From Stegostoma tigrinum (lineage: Eukaryota): DNA of 64,000 nucleotides. The notes beneath the pieces are model-generated. The model was not told the DNA's origin and did not search any database. It saw only the letters and a program-made list of their open reading frames with translations. Made by a program: the position numbers and the translations under genes. Every line of letters begins with the position of its first letter. Within the stretch, counting starts at the first letter, position 1. Positions 10,120-24,079 of this stretch are shown piece after piece. The stretch is taken from NCBI RefSeq assembly GCF_030684315.1, contig NC_081384.1, positions 22,358,818-22,422,817 of the forward strand. Reading direction: 5' to 3'.

Positions 10120-10515
10120 AAAATAAAAATGGCTGGAGAAACCCAACAGTTCTGGCTGCATCTGCGGAATGAAAGAAGAGATCATGTTTTGAGTCCAGTG
10201 ACCCTTCTTCTGAGCCAATAGTAGTTTGGGGTAAGTGATAAGCTAGATAAGGAGAAAAGCTGATAATGGGGATCACCTGTAGGTGAAAATGGCTTGGCTG
10301 TGCTGAAAGCGGCCCATGTTATGGCAGGGCCATCTATCGACTTACTCCTTTCTATCCCCACCCATGGTCTTCACCTTTTTATAACTACTAACACTTCTGA
10401 AGAGGGCTCATTGGAACTAAAACATTAACTCTGCTTTCTCTCCACACATGTAGTGACACCTGTTGACATTCTCCGGTAGGATTGTTTCTGTTTCAGATCT
10501 TCAGCATCTACTGTG
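10120..10515. mobile_element. Old PLE subfamily, inverted pair of 3' ends
   Basis: Minus arm (GCTGGAGAAACCCAACAG..GCATCTG..GAGTCCAGTGACCCTTCTTC) and plus arm (CTTCTGAAGAGGG..AAACATTAACTCTG..CAGCATC), both with decayed hammerhead cores. Confidence 0.65.
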
Positions 10516-10967
10516 TATCGATTCAATTTAATACCTTCTAAAATATGTTTGAATATTTTGAATCCTGTAAATTCAATTATGTCCTCTCCCATTATGGTTT
10601 TGTCATGCTGTTTTTTTTTGTAGTAGAAACCTCTGTGATTCAGTTTTTGTGGCTTATTGATTATAAGCCATGTCCACAACTAACTGCCATTTCCACTTGC
10701 ATGAGCCCGAATTACACAATAGGCTGGGAAGGAATCCTTGCTCAAGGCAGGTAAAATTCTCACCATGGAACTCAAGGCTATTTGTGATAAGGTGTATTTA
10801 GTGTCAATGGTGAGTGTTATCTGACTGCAGCCTATGTCCGCACTTGAGTTGTTGGCTATATATGGTGCTATGATCCGATTAGATCTGGTGCACTGATTAT
10901 TTTCTGAGATCCACTCTTTCACTGATCACAACTAAGTCTGAATTTAATCAGTGTTGTGGTATTGTTA

Positions 10968-11239
10968 TAAAAACAAAAACAAAAATTGCTGGAAAAACTC
11001 AACAGGTCTGGTAGCATCTGTGGAGAGAAATCAGAGTTAATGTTTCAGGTCTAGTGAACCTTCTTCATAATAGTTCTGAAATTCTGAACTCCAGTTCTAA
11101 GAAGGTCACTGGACCTGAAATGTTAAGCCTGATCTGTCTCCACAGATGCTGCCAGACTCGCTCCTTTTTACCAAATGTATCTGTTTTTTTTGTTTCTGAT
11201 TTCAGGCATCCACAGTTCTTTTAATTTTTTGTTTGGCGA
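10968..11239. mobile_element. Old miniature palindromic PLE
   Basis: Arms CAGGTCTGGTAGCATCTGTGGAGA and TCTCCACAGATGCTGCCAGAC. Flanking repeat TATTGTTA at 10960-10967 and 11240-11247. Confidence 0.75.
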
Positions 11240-11804
11240 TATTGTTAATCATGTGGGTGTCTGACTGAACTAAGTTTGGTATTACAAACAAATCTGCTTT
11301 TTTTTAAGGTAACAAATAGCAATTAGTTTATTACAAACAAAATTTACTCAAATGAACATGTAATTATTGTTAACAGGAAGGCTTAGATTGTGCAAATATG
11401 TGTATCAAAACCATATTATGAAAATAACTAGTCATAAAACTAACATTCAGAATTAACATGAGGTAAATATGTATAATAGACAAACCATGGTCATTACCCA
11501 TAGAACACATCAAATAGCAAGTGCTATCAAAATAGATATCATGGAGTTCTCAGCAATCCATGCACACACACCCATCCAGTTATTTGTGACAGTGTGGGTC
11601 ACCAAATCTCATTAAAGCTATTCAAGAAATTCTAATTCTTCCATTTTGAAGACTTAGCTATGGACTTCCCTTAAAAGCTGGCCCTTAAAGAGCTATGTCA
11701 ATGGCTGCTCATGATCAGATAGATCACTTTCCTCACCTGGACTACAGTTTGGATTCTGGAAGTAAAATTCAGTACCTGTCCATGGGCATGACCCCAGCTT
11801 TTCA

Positions 11805-13720
11805 TAGATAATGGAAACTGCAGATGCTGGAGAATCCAAGATAACAAAGTGTGGGGCTGGATGAACACAGCAGGTCAAGCAGCATCTTAGGAGCACAAAA
11901 GTTGATGTTTCAGGCCTAGACCCTTCATCAGAAAAGGGGGATTGGGAGAGGATTCTGAAATAAATAGGGAGAGAGGGGGAGGTGGACTGAAGATGGATAG
12001 AGGAGAAGATAGGTGGAGAGGAGAGTATGGGTGGGGAGGGAGGGAGGGGATAGGTCAGTCTGGGGAGGACAGACAGGTCAAGAGGAGGGATGAGGTTAGT
12101 AAGTAGGAAATGGAGGTGCGGCTTGAGGTGGGAGGAGGGGATAGGTAAGAGGAAGAACAGGTGAGGCAGATGGGGACGAGCTGGACTGGTTTTGGAATGC
12201 AGTGGAGGGAGGGGAGATTTTGAAGCTGGTGAAATCCACGTTGATACCGTTGGGCTGCAGGGTTCCCAATCGGAATATGAGCTGCTGTTCCTGCAACTTA
12301 TGGGTGGTATCATTATGGAACTGCAGGAGGCCCAGGATGGACATGTCGTCTAAGGAATGGGAGGGGGAGTTGAAGTGGTTCGCGACTGGGAGGTGCAGTT
12401 GTTTGCTGCGAACCGAGTGCAGATGTTCTGCAAAGCGGTCCAAAAGCCTCCGCTTGGTTTCTACAATGTAGACGAACCACACCGTGTGCAGCGGATGCAG
12501 TATACCACATTGGCGGATGTGCAGGTGAACATCTGCTTGATGTGCAATGTCATCTTGGGGCCTAGGATGGGGGTGAGGGAGGAGGTGTGGGGGCAGATGT
12601 AGCACTTCCTGCGGTTGCAGGGGAAGGTGCCGGGTGTGGTGGGGTTGGAGGGGAGTGTAGAGCGGACGAGGGAATCCCAGAGAGAGTGGTCTCTCCGGAA
12701 GGCAGACAAGGGTGGGGTTGGAAAAATGTCTTGGGTGGGGGGGTCGGATTGTAGATGGCAGAAGTGCTGGAGGATGATACATTGTATCCGGAGGTTGGTG
12801 GGGTGGTATGTGAGGACTAGAGGGATTCTCTTAGGGCGGTTCATTGTGAGAGTGGGGTGTGAGGGATGTGTTGTGGAAAATGCGGGAGACACGGCCGATG
12901 GCGTTCTCGACCACTGCAGGGGGAGGTTGCGGTCCTTGAAGAACGAGGACATCTGGGATGTGCAGCAGTGGAGTACCTCATCCTGGGAGCAGATGCAGCG
13001 GAGGCGAAGGAATTGGGAATAGGGGATGGAATTTTTGCAGGAAGGTGGGTGGGAGGAGGCGTATTCCAGGTAGCTGTGGGAGTTGGTGGGCTTGAAATGG
13101 ACATCAGTTTGTAAGTGGATGCCTGAGAGGGAGATAGAAAGGTCCAGGAAAGTGAGGGATGTGCTGGAGATGGTCCAGGTGAACCATTTCAACTCCCCCT
13201 TCCATTCCTTAGACGACATGTCCATCCTGGGCCTCCTGCAGTTCCATAATATGCCACCCGTAGGTTGCAGGAGCAGCAACTCATATTCCGCTTGAGAACC
13301 CTGCAGTCCAATGGAATCAATGTGGATTTCACCAGCTTTAAAATCCCCCCTCCCCCCACTGCATCCCAAAACCAGCCCAGCTTGTCCCCGCCTGCCTACC
13401 CTGTTCTTCCTCTCACCTATCCCCTCCTCCCACCTCAAATCACACCCCCATTTCTGACCTACTAACCTCATCCTGCCCCCTTGACCTGTCCGTCCTCCCC
13501 AGACTGACCTATCCCCTCTCTACCTCCCCACCCATACTCTCCTCTCCACCTACCTTCTCCTCTATCCATCTTCAGCCCGCCTCCCCCCTCTCACTATTTA
13601 TATCAGAACCCTCTCCCAATCCCTCTTTTCTGATGAAGGGTCTAGGCCTGAAATTTCAACTTTTGTGCTCCGAAGATGCTGCTTGACCTGCTGTGTTCAT
13701 CCAGCCCCACACTTTGTTAT
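11805..13720. mobile_element. Second head-to-head PLE (minus arm 11805-13183 with tail, plus arm 13181-13720 without tail); related subfamily, more diverged
   Basis: About 540 bp of inverted repeat, GAA microhomology at the junction, 12-bp TSD CCCAGCTTTTCA at 11793-11804 and 13721-13732. Hammerhead-like cores at ~11902-11933 (-) and ~13628-13660 (+). Confidence 0.93.
12096..13183 (-). pseudogene. PLE RT C-terminus, linker and GIY-YIG (frameshifted)
   Basis: FTWTISSTSLTFLDL..QTDVHFKPTNSHSYLEYASSHPPSCKNSIPYSQFLRL (RT end and thumb), CNRRKCYICP, NVVYCIRCTRC, YIVETKRRL. Confidence 0.9.
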
Positions 13721-16700
13721 CCCAGCTTTTCACAGTCAGTTACATTCACCAAGCTAGTATTGCTCTGAGATTTCTTTGAGCCTTAATCTTACTCAGATAC
13801 ACCAGGCAAATACTGCTTGTGTACTAGTTTCAAATTTACTCCTTACTCTACTGGGCTATTAATTGATCACAGGCTTCCTTCAAACTCTAAATGGCGCACA
13901 GGACCTCTCCCAATTTTTAGTTGAATAGAGCGAATAAACAGTTCTGGGACTTCCTCCTGAGTCCCAACTACACTGGATTAGTGGTCTTCAAATTTTTTCT
14001 CAGCAGCTCGGATTAAGTGTACGTTTCCTCCAGAAAGTTTCCTCCCGGTATATCCTCTTTATCACTGTCAACATGTGTCTGAATTCAATGGTTTTGGATG
14101 GTCTATGGAAAAATATTGCAACAATACCTGCCCCTGTGGCTAGGCAAAATTAAATATAATTATTATTGGAATCACAGATTCACTGAATGTTACAAGTTTC
14201 CAGATTGCCTGTTTATTCTGTTTGAATGGCTGCTGGAGAAAACAAAAATGATTTTCATCACAATTGAATTTTTTTCCATCCATTAGTTTACAACTGATAC
14301 ATACACAATAATGCAAGGAAAACCTCAGATGTGGACAACTTTTGGTTCTTTAATTTCAATGTCTCCCAACCTCCTCATATTTATTAATTTATGTTCATTT
14401 CTCCGTCCATAAAAAGCAGAGATCCAAATTGAAAAATGCCTTTGAAAATGGTGTTATTAAATAAAAGTAATTTTCTTGTAGCTACATATTGTAACCACTG
14501 TGTGAAAACTATTGCGTTGTAATAGTTCAATAGGGAGATCTCCACTTTCTTCACAGATTATCTGGAGGTGGACACTAGCCAATATTGCCCACAGCCATGG
14601 AACAAGTGTTCTTTTTTAACAGTTGTTTCAAGAAGATAGCTTGTTTCTTTTTTCACAGCAGACCAAAACAATTTACAAGACTGCTTTAAATATCCAGTCA
14701 ATGTGTCTTGTGAAGACACTTATTCTAATTATTGTTGGCCATGACGTAAATGATACTTATATTCAGAACATATATGTATATTTTTAACTTATTTCTTTTC
14801 ACGTTGTGCACCCTGTAATCATCTGAGTTACATCTGGTGCCACCATGCTGATTCAGGTCTCAGCTTTGCATTTCTGAGTATATTCAGTATATGACATCAT
14901 CGATCTTTTGATGTGCTTTCTTAAAGATAAAATTATGCAGATTATACCAATACGTTTTTGCAAAGTGATAACTACGTAGTCAACAGGAATCCGTCTTATA
15001 ATAGATTTTGTGCCTTTGTTCTTAAAAGTTAGATGAAATGTCAGAATAAAACCCATTTTTTTTCAAAATTTAACACAGTTTTAACAGCAATCCCAAAATG
15101 TATTACATTGATATGTAAAGTACTTGCTTCCAGACTGAAAGGTGAAAAATGGTGTTACAGCTGATGAGGTTTTCTTGTCTTGTTTTCAATTGGAACAGGT
15201 ACAATTTACTGTGGAATTAAGATGCATAAATCTGTCTTTGAGTCATGCAGATGTGAAGTTTCTCAAAGCATTCTTTTTGAAGTAAAATAGTTAGCATGTA
15301 GGCATCCCTTGCTGCTTCTCCAAAAATTTGACAGTTCTCACAATAAACATAACATCAAAAAAAAGGGAACATTATATGTTCACAGTCTGCATTGCTAAAC
15401 TTCATTTTAAGCCAAGTTAAGACTTTTCCCCTGATACACTATGTGTCAAATCATCCTTGTTGTCTGTGTCATAGTCAATGTGGATAGTGTAAATAAAATG
15501 TGACCCTGGCATCTAATCCTCTTCGTCTAACTATAGCATTGTGCTGCAGCAGCAGGCACTCTCTAAGCATCCATTAAGGGCTCCAGTGTTTCAGTCTAAA
15601 AACATGTCTCTGCCACAAAGGCCCCTCCTCCTGGTTTTTCTTATTGCATGAATTCTTGGGACTTTTTCCATTTCCAGAAAGCTGGAGGATAGCCTAAAGT
15701 GCGACCCAGATGTTTATGTCTAGGTCATACAGGGCAACAGGAAAAAGGCAAAAAATAGGGCAAGGAATTCAGGAGGTCATTTCTTGTACAGAAAATAGAA
15801 TGACAACAACAACAAAAATCACCCGTGACCTACCCTGACACAAGAGAAATTTTACAGGCGTCTGCTGCTGTACAGCTGAGACAAAAATCCAAACAGGTGC
15901 AACTTAAGAAACAAGGCTGGTGGGAAAGGTTCTGTAAGGCAACTTGGTAAGAAAAACAAGCAGAGGCTGTGAGGACAGAGCAGTAATGGTAACTACATCC
16001 CTACCTAGTAAATAGAGTTTGCTATTTCTGTCTGGCCAGTTAAGAGGGCACTGAATTGAGGGACCTTTGTCTGGGTGGCGCATTCCACAAAATGACCATA
16101 TGTCACCTAACTACATGTTTTTCTTCCACTTTCACAATTACAGTTTTCTCTTATTGCAGATGGCAGCTATCCCCAATTTCCAGGGAAGATTAATGTCACA
16201 GGTGGCGTGCCAAGTGCACGTGTGTAGAGTACAAAAGACTTCAGTATATCTTGATTATTTTTTTAAAGTGGAGTGATTTTACATTTAATTGTGTTCAGAA
16301 TCTACAATAACCTAGGCGAAAAAAGATTCTTATGAAGAAACTTGTAGATTTGGTCTGCAACAGAAACTGCATTAAGGTAAAGGGGAGCTATCTTCCGGAC
16401 AGACAGCCAGCTGCAGATCCGAGAAATTTTAAAAATTCAGTTTTAACAGCTGCATGTTGTCTGACAGAATATCCAGGCATAGTGACTCAGTGGGCACTGC
16501 ATGGTAAATGGTTCAGCATTCTGATGGGGAACCCCTTTCCTCACATATGTTTGAAGGATGTTGATGCATAACTAATACTTATTAGTCAAATATAATAATG
16601 TTGTAGGCACGAAGATGAAGAGAAATCTAAGATACACAGATTAACATAAACTTTGTGAAATTTTATTTAACAATAGAATAGGATGGGGAGAAACAAAACC

Positions 16701-18329
16701 AAAAGTAGTCATGGAAACAAATAATGTTTGTGCAGGACCTGAGAAAATTCTGATGCAAGACAACAGGAGTACTAATAAAAGATATGAATGTTTTCAAGGA
16801 AAATAAAACCATGCTTGTGCAACTGAAAATAGTGCATGTTGCTAGGAAGATATTGATAATTGAGAGGTTGCATGATCGACTTACAGAAGAGTGCAATGCA
16901 GTGTTATTTCTCAGATTTAATTTGTGTCACTTTTTTTGCACTTCTGGCCATGAGTTGCTCTCATTACAATGTAAGGTGTCATCACAAGTGTTTGTCTTAA
17001 GATCTTGCCTGGCAAGTGTTTTTCACAATTTACATACAATTTTGTGACAATATTGTCCAGAAGAAACCCATACAAGCACTTTTTCATTACTGAGCAATTC
17101 TCTTTCTAAAAGGCTGTTGTGGTAGATGGGAGTAACTTGTTGGAGCATGATACAGATATGGGTCCAAGCCTTTGAATAGTCAGTGACCAGATATACCTTG
17201 AAAGTTGTGAGTTGAGACCATTTTGAAATCCAGAGGCACTGAATACATAAATTCATATGGGTTAATAACCAGCACTTGGAATTCTCCAATTAAGTTAAAG
17301 ACTGGGTTTTTTTAATCACATATATTAATTTCCCTAGTATCAATATTCTTGGTTCTCAGTTAACAGTTCTCAGATGGAAGGGATGAGGGTGCTGGACTAA
17401 TACAATTGGTTCTTCTGTCACGCAGAGTGAGAAGGAAGACAAATGCATTTATTGTCTCATTGCAATATGATGAAAACCACTGGAAAATCGAAGTATGAGT
17501 TGTATCAAGTACCATTTTGATACTGACCACAGTTAAATAGCTTCTAACACTCATTGATTTGGTCAAGTTGGCTACGGGCCAGTTAAATGGACTGGAACTT
17601 TGCTGAAACCTCCACATTCAAAACAGAATGGGAATGAAGAGATGAAAATCAAGCAAAAAATATTAACAGGCCACAGATCTCATTTTTTCTCAACAGTGAA
17701 GTTGACCACTTCTTTTTCAGCACATTTATTTCAAGTAGGAGTCAAAATTTAAGACCAGTGGTAGCAATATTACTTCCTCCACATCGTCCTAGACTGTATA
17801 ACATCATTCATATGGTTTGTAAATAGCCATAAAATCAATGATGGTAATTAAACATGGTGTTGTACCCACTCTCACACAACTCACATGTATTGATATGTTA
17901 ATCTGTTCAAAAACTAATCTTTCTGCTAAACATTTCTGTGCCTAATGAGCTTTGTTGACAAGTGTTAACTCCATTCTTAAAAAGAAAGATTACATGTGAT
18001 TTTCAGCCTGTACCAAAGTAATGCATATCCACTTGTTTTTCTGATGACCCAGAAACAAAGGTTACAGTATGAATAAAAGCAAAAAAAAACTATCAAGGCT
18101 GAAATTCTGAAATAAAACAGGATGAATGGCAAATACATTCAGCTCTAACAGTTGGTCACATGGTTCATTCAAATGGCGAATGCACTTTTGAAGGTTTCAC
18201 TTTCTACTTATGAAATTATTGGGGTAAATTTAAGGAGAAACCAATCTCAAAACTATCAGCTCCGATAAAACAAGAGGATAATGAAGGCTTCAGGTTTGTC
18301 TCGCATCTCTTCAAGAGCCAATTAACATC

Positions 18330-18730
18330 ATGCAGCACAGAAGGAGATCAATCAGCCCATAAACCCTATCCTAGCTCTGTGATAGAGCAGTTCAAATAGC
18401 CATATTGCCTTGCTTTTCCCCCTCAGGAATTTTTTTATGTTTACATATGTATCCAATTCCATTTTGAAAGTTACTGCTTGGTCTGTTTTCATTATCCTCT
18501 CAGGCAGTGCATTCTAGATTATATAAAAAATTGCATTAAAAATATTCACAGCACTGTTCCTCCTCATGGTTTTGCCAGATCTTTTAAATCTATACGGAAG
18601 ACCTTGCTACCACTGAAAATTGTTTCTCATTATCTATTCTGTCAAAACCCGTCATAATTGTGAACTCCTCTATTTATTGTCCCCTGAATCTTTCTGTTCT
18701 AAGAAGAACAATTCAGTTTCTCTAGTCTAT
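18330..18730 (-). mobile_element. Old CR1 LINE 3' fragment
   Basis: GCACAGAAGGAGATCAATCAGCCCAT end and decayed CR1-like sequence (CAGGCAGTGCATTCTAGAT). Confidence 0.5.
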
Positions 18731-19623
18731 CCTTAGGCATAAATGCAGGAACACTTTGAAGTAGTGACCAATGATTTACAAACAGCATGAAAATGCTTTG
18801 TAAATCAGTACAAACCCAAGAATTGTCTTTTTTAAATTGTCCTGTTAATACTTAAAACCTTGCAACAGCACTGTTGCAATTGTTCTGTGCTTAATTTGAA
18901 GATTTTCTTAAGCAACAATTCATAATTTATGTAAATACATAAAAACTATTTAGCATTAAGAGCTCAACATTGTAAAGAAAATGAGTGAATGCACTATAGC
19001 TATGCACAAAATGAGATGTGTAAAACAGTAGAATATTCTCTTAGTCTCTAAAGCACTTACACTCCAATAACAATGTTTTTTCCATTTTCACCAAGACCAC
19101 AGCATGTAGCATGATTGAGTCTATAATCACAATTATTCATAAATGGACAAGTACTCCAGGCAGTTATATTGTTTTCTGCAATATCTTTGGTTGGAAGTTG
19201 TGTTATCTGTGCCATGGACAACGCTTAGAATGGTCTCCTATGGAAAGGTTTCCTTATTCTGACTTCTTCCAATGTATGCTAAAAATTGTTTTATCAAATA
19301 ATAGTCCTATTCCATGTCAAGCTAAATCTGGTTTATTGAAGGGAAACAAATTTCAATGTTAAAAGTGAATTGAAAATGTGAAATTGAAATAAAGAAGGTA
19401 AGAACAGGCAAGGTTACTGACACAAAATTAAATTTGCACACAACAGCACTCATTGGAGCAATTTGTAATTGCCAGTACTCAGTTTGGGAAATATCTGCAT
19501 ATAAATTTCAGATTCAAAGTCCATCAGCCTTACATATGAATTATTGGGAGTCAGAGGGTTTAATTAAAAAGAAATGCTGATCATAATCTCACCACTCAAC
19601 CATGCCAGAGAGTTGAACTAATG

Positions 19624-19838
19624 CACAAAAACAGAAGTTGCGTAAAAAGCTCAGCAAGCCTGGTAACATCTGAGAAGAAAAAATCAGAGTTAACTTCTGC
19701 AATTCTGAGGAAGAGTCAACGGATCCGAAATGTTAACTCTGAGTTTTTCTTCACAGATACTGTGAGACCTGCTGAGCTTTTCCGGCCACTTCTGTTTTTG
19801 TTCCTGATTTACAGTAAGTGCAGTTCTTTCTGTTTTAT
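19624..19838. mobile_element. Old miniature palindromic PLE with a hammerhead-like core
   Basis: Arms CAAAAACAGAAGT..AAAAGCTCAGCA and TGCTGAGCTTTT..ACTTCTGTTTTTG. CTGAGGA..GAAA at 19705-19730. TSD TTGAAC(T/C)AATG at 19613-19623 and 19839-19849. Confidence 0.8.
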
Positions 19839-19905
19839 TTGAACCAATGATGCTGGCCAACAATTCAGTGCAGTACTGAAGGAGTGCTGGGCTGCTAGTT
19901 ATATC

Positions 19906-20999
19906 AGGCTGAATTTAGTGTTAGCAACAGGGGCCCCAGCAGGTAGTTGGAGAACTACTGGGGACCCTGCATCATTTCTCTCTCAGACGCTTGACATTAT
20001 TAGGTAAGAAGACACTTATCTGGACAACACCATGACTCCCATGTAATTAGGTAATTTCTAGTGAAATGGAGGTGCTGCCCACAAGATCTTCAGCCAGTCA
20101 TAAGTTGGTGGTTCTGTCGTGTAGGGAGGAATGATGGCTGCTGCTAGAATTACATTTATGTCTAACTTGGGGATGACTACAGAATTGCCAGTTAAATGTG
20201 AGTGAGAATGAAATTGGAATCACAAGTATAGGGTAGTCAATGCAGTTGAATGCTGGTGATTCATAAATCAGATACATGAGGAGCATGGAATGGTTTTAAT
20301 CAGGGCCCTCCATTCTCTCCACTGGGTCCTCAGATTGGCACACAGTACCTGTGAATAAGGGATCTCCTTTAAAGAAAGCTGCAGACAAACTCTACAGAAT
20401 TTGTTGTGTGATCTCTCCACATATCCCTACACATCTAGGGTGGCATGGTGGCTCAGTGGTTAGCATTACTGCCTCACAGTGCCAGAGACCCAGCTTCAAT
20501 TCCACCCATGGTTGACAGTCTGTATGGAGTTTACACATTCTCCCAGTGTCTGTGTGGGTTTCTTCTCGGTGCTCTGGTTTTCTCCCACAGTCCAAAGATG
20601 TGCAGGTTAGGTGGATTGGCCATGCTAAATTGCCTGTAGTGTTCAGGGATGTGTAGCTTAGGCGGTTTAGAGGGGGTTGGATCTGGGTGGGATGCTCTGA
20701 GGGTTGGTGTGGATGTGTTGGGCTGAAGGGGCTGTTTCCACACTGTAGGGACTCTATGATCCTCAGTCTCCTGTATGCTGCTCGGTGAGTAACAGCTGCT
20801 GCAGAATTCCCTGACTATTTAAGGCCTTTACTGGTGTCCGGGCAGTAGGATGCTCCCTACCTTCACGAGCTGGAGACCAATTGAAGTCGGGGTGAGGTAG
20901 GATTATAAAATTGCAGGTCTCCAAATCTTCTACCTCCATGCCCAACCAAACAATCTCACTCTCTTCCAAACTTGTTTCTGTATGCTTTAAATTCTGCCC
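19906..20999. mobile_element. Possible old non-autonomous DNA transposon (Harbinger-like MITE) hosting an HE1 SINE
   Basis: Imperfect terminal inverted repeats AGGCTGAATTTA (19906-19917) and TAAATTCTGCCC (20988-20999), 10/12 match. Confidence 0.35.
20438..20760 (+). mobile_element. HE1-type tRNA-derived SINE (V-SINE family)
   Basis: A box TGGCTCAGTGG, B-box-like GCTTCAATTCC, central CCCACAGTCCAAAGATGTGCAGGTTAGG and a CR1-like tail. Confidence 0.9.
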
Positions 21000-21109
21000 A
21001 TCATCATTCATGTTAGGCAGTAAAATCTTGTGTGGCTTTCCATCTGGATAGGAAAAATGCTGTGTAAATATTCAAGAAAAGGAATGGCAGTTTCTGCTAA
21101 TATCCTAGC

Positions 21110-21308
21110 AAACAGTGATTCCACAACTGATGTTGCTAAATCAGATTATCTGTCCATTGATCTTTTGTTTTGTTTGTGGAACCCTGGTCTCTGTGCTGCC
21201 TACATTTAAACATTGACTATATTTCAAAAGCACATGAAGGCTGTGAAGCAGTTTGGGATATCCTCAGGATATGAAAGGTGCTGTATCAATGCAAATTCTT
21301 TCTTTATT
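21110..21308 (+). mobile_element. Ancient DeuSINE/SacSINE-like 3' part
   Basis: CAGATTATCTGTCCATT...TGAAAGGTGCTGTATCAATGCAAATTCTTTCTTT ending. Confidence 0.55.
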
Positions 21309-22003
21309 TAATCCAGAGATAAATCAGGCCCAGATAAACACACAGATGCTCTGATGAAAATGAGATGTGACACAACATTTGGCGAACACATGAGCCTGTT
21401 GAAGTTGAATTGAATAGATCCTCTATTTATATCAAATTACAATATGCATGTCTTTTTTTTATAAATGAGAAAGTGAGATCAATTAACTGTGGGCAATATT
21501 CGCTCTATGAAAAGAGAAAATTGAACATAGTAACTATTTCACCATTCTCATCGTTTTGGGTATTTTTTATTCACTACCATTTTGTTATGCACAATAAGTG
21601 GTTGGACGCAACCTAACATACGGAACAAATTATATACAGTATGTGATTAATAGGTACATATTAGTAGCTCCATAGATTCTTCCAATCTCTGCAGTTGCAA
21701 AGTTTTCCAAGCACTCCTTCCTTAATAAATCAAGCATTTCCTATGTGGTAAGTTGATTTTGAACTGATGCATTTCCTGTTAAATTCAAGTAATACCTTTA
21801 AATGTAAGAGAAGGTCAGAGGCTGAGAGAGATGCTGGTGAAATCTCTTTTCGCGTGTACATTTTTACCATCAAGGCGCATGTGATATAATTTGCATAAAC
21901 ATTACGCTCTCTTTTACTGAAGTGCTGCATCCTTGTTAATGTTCCTGGTGGCACAATATTACTTGAATTCATGTTTACTGACTATGCCTTTCTTTCAGCT
22001 CCG

Positions 22004-22110
22004 TATGAGTCACTACTGCCACCTTACACTAATATGAATGCTTTGTCTTTATGTACATATGAGTCACTACTGCAGTTTTACCCTAATATTCATACTTGGT
22101 CTTTGTGCTT
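22004..22110. repeat. Two-copy 54-bp tandem duplication
   Basis: TATGAGTCACTACTGC at 22004 and 22058, with similar downstream sequence. Confidence 0.8.
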
Positions 22111-24079
22111 TTCTTTTAAGTTGTGCATCCTGCTAAGACCTCTGACTAGTTGACAGAGTTCACTCTTTTAGTGACAAATTGCTGTACTTAGTGTAGTTAG
22201 AGGTTGTCCTTCCCCACTAGATAATCTGATTGTGACATGATATTACAGAGGCTATTAGTATGCGCAATACCTGCTCACTAAATCAAGCTTATCTCAGTTT
22301 CCCAGAACCATTCTACAGAAACATTACATGGCATAATGCTACACTAACACTTATTGGAGATTTACACCAGGTAAGTGGCTCATTAACTGCTTCGGAAGAT
22401 TTAAAGGCATATTATTGCAGATGCATTGTGATTGGCTGTTATTTTTTAATATGGCTAACAAAATCATATTCTCAGCTATCCCACCTCCAAACTGCACACA
22501 TTTGTGATTTTGTTAAAAGATGGCAAATTACTATCATAAAATGCCTTTTGAACAGAGAGAAAAAGTCAGTCCTCTCTAATTTTATGAAAAATGGCAACAA
22601 TCACAGATACATGGAACATGCTATTATTTGCACAGCAAGAAACAAAGCTGAGACTCAGAAGCAATTTGAATATATTGACATCAACAAAAATTGCTTGTGA
22701 TTTGTTTTATATTCAGATTTGAACACCCACACACCATTCACTGTTTTATCCATTTGCTCACCTTATATCTTCTAAAGATTTTTCAGCAAGGGTTTTTTTT
22801 AAAATGAAGGGTATTGGGGAAATGGGGAAACATTATGGCAGGGGTTCATTCCATCCTCAGCCAACGTCAATACATAGTGACATTTTTCGCTGTCAAATAG
22901 ATTCAAACATGAAAGCAGATCACTTTGGCTGATGTACAGGAAGGTAAGGGATCAAAGGAGAAAAGAAAGCAAAAGAGGGATGTAAGTTGGATCAAAATAT
23001 AAGTAAGTTATACATTAATCAACCTTCAATGAAACAACATACTTGCATGTGTCAAATACGAAGAGGAAATATTAATATAGAATTTTGAAGCATAATTAGC
23101 ACAGTCTTCTAAAACTTTCCCCATAGACATGCTTCTGTATATTGGCACCAGGTGGGAGGTGGATTCTGCTGCACTTTACCCACAGGAGAAATCAAATCAA
23201 ATCCAGACAGTTTAATCCAGGCCATCATTCAAATTTCACCTCAGTCTGTCTCCTTTCAAACTTACTATGAGAAAAGTGATTGGAGCTCAAGCATTATGCT
23301 GTTTACTTATAAGTGAAGCTCATAATCTCACCGTTTGCCAAGGAAAAACAGCATCTGCTACAGACTAAACTCTACAAATTCACAAGAATACCATACCGTG
23401 GTAACTCTAGTTGAATAATTAGGTACTTATACCGTACTTATTCCTGGGATAGAACGTTATCCTCACCTTCTCATTATTAAACATCATCTGGGCACAAAGC
23501 ATTAATGAAATTCTGGCGGGGCAAGTGCTTTCTAGTTATGATAGCACTCAGTTTTCCTTCTATTGATTAAATGAAAGAACACTCAGGTGGGTACTGGAAA
23601 GATTGCACAGTCTGCTGTCAGGGTTCCAGAACAATCCAAAGTTAAATGTCCAGATCACATAAATAAAGGCATCACACCACCTTTAATAAACTGCTACATG
23701 TGTATTTAGAGATTAAATAGACTGGTTTACAAGACCATTTGGACCACTACCAGGAATAATTTTAACTTAACTCATAAATGGGCAATCTGACCAAATTGGA
23801 TCAAATGTCCATTTTATGCTACACCCAATGGTACTTTTCAGTGCAGCCAGAAGACTGTAAAATGAAGGGATGGAGTAGTTAGATAGATGACTAATCCAAT
23901 TCTGGAAATTTTCTTTTGAATGAGTTAGGTCAAATTTACTCCTGTATCATTTCCCCTCTAGAATCTAGACTCAATTCAAACTGTGGTGATGGAATTAAAG
24001 CACCTGCAAAGATTTCCCATTACATGGAACAGAACAGTCTCAGTCAAATTACAGCAGGTGCAAACGCAAAAACCCTGGG

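Noticed and set aside
12461-13471. 336-aa ORF as an intact protein
   Set aside because: It is a chimera crossing the inversion junction. The N-terminus is antisense of the plus arm and the rest is truncated PLE RT and linker.
11250-14290. Possible solo LTR surrounding the second PLE
   Set aside because: Only compositional hints; I could not define TG..CA ends, a TSD or a partner copy.
20438-20510. tRNA gene (also 45845-45918 and 43351-43440)
   Set aside because: These are SINE or LINE heads with A/B boxes that continue into repeat bodies; no intact cloverleaf is evident.
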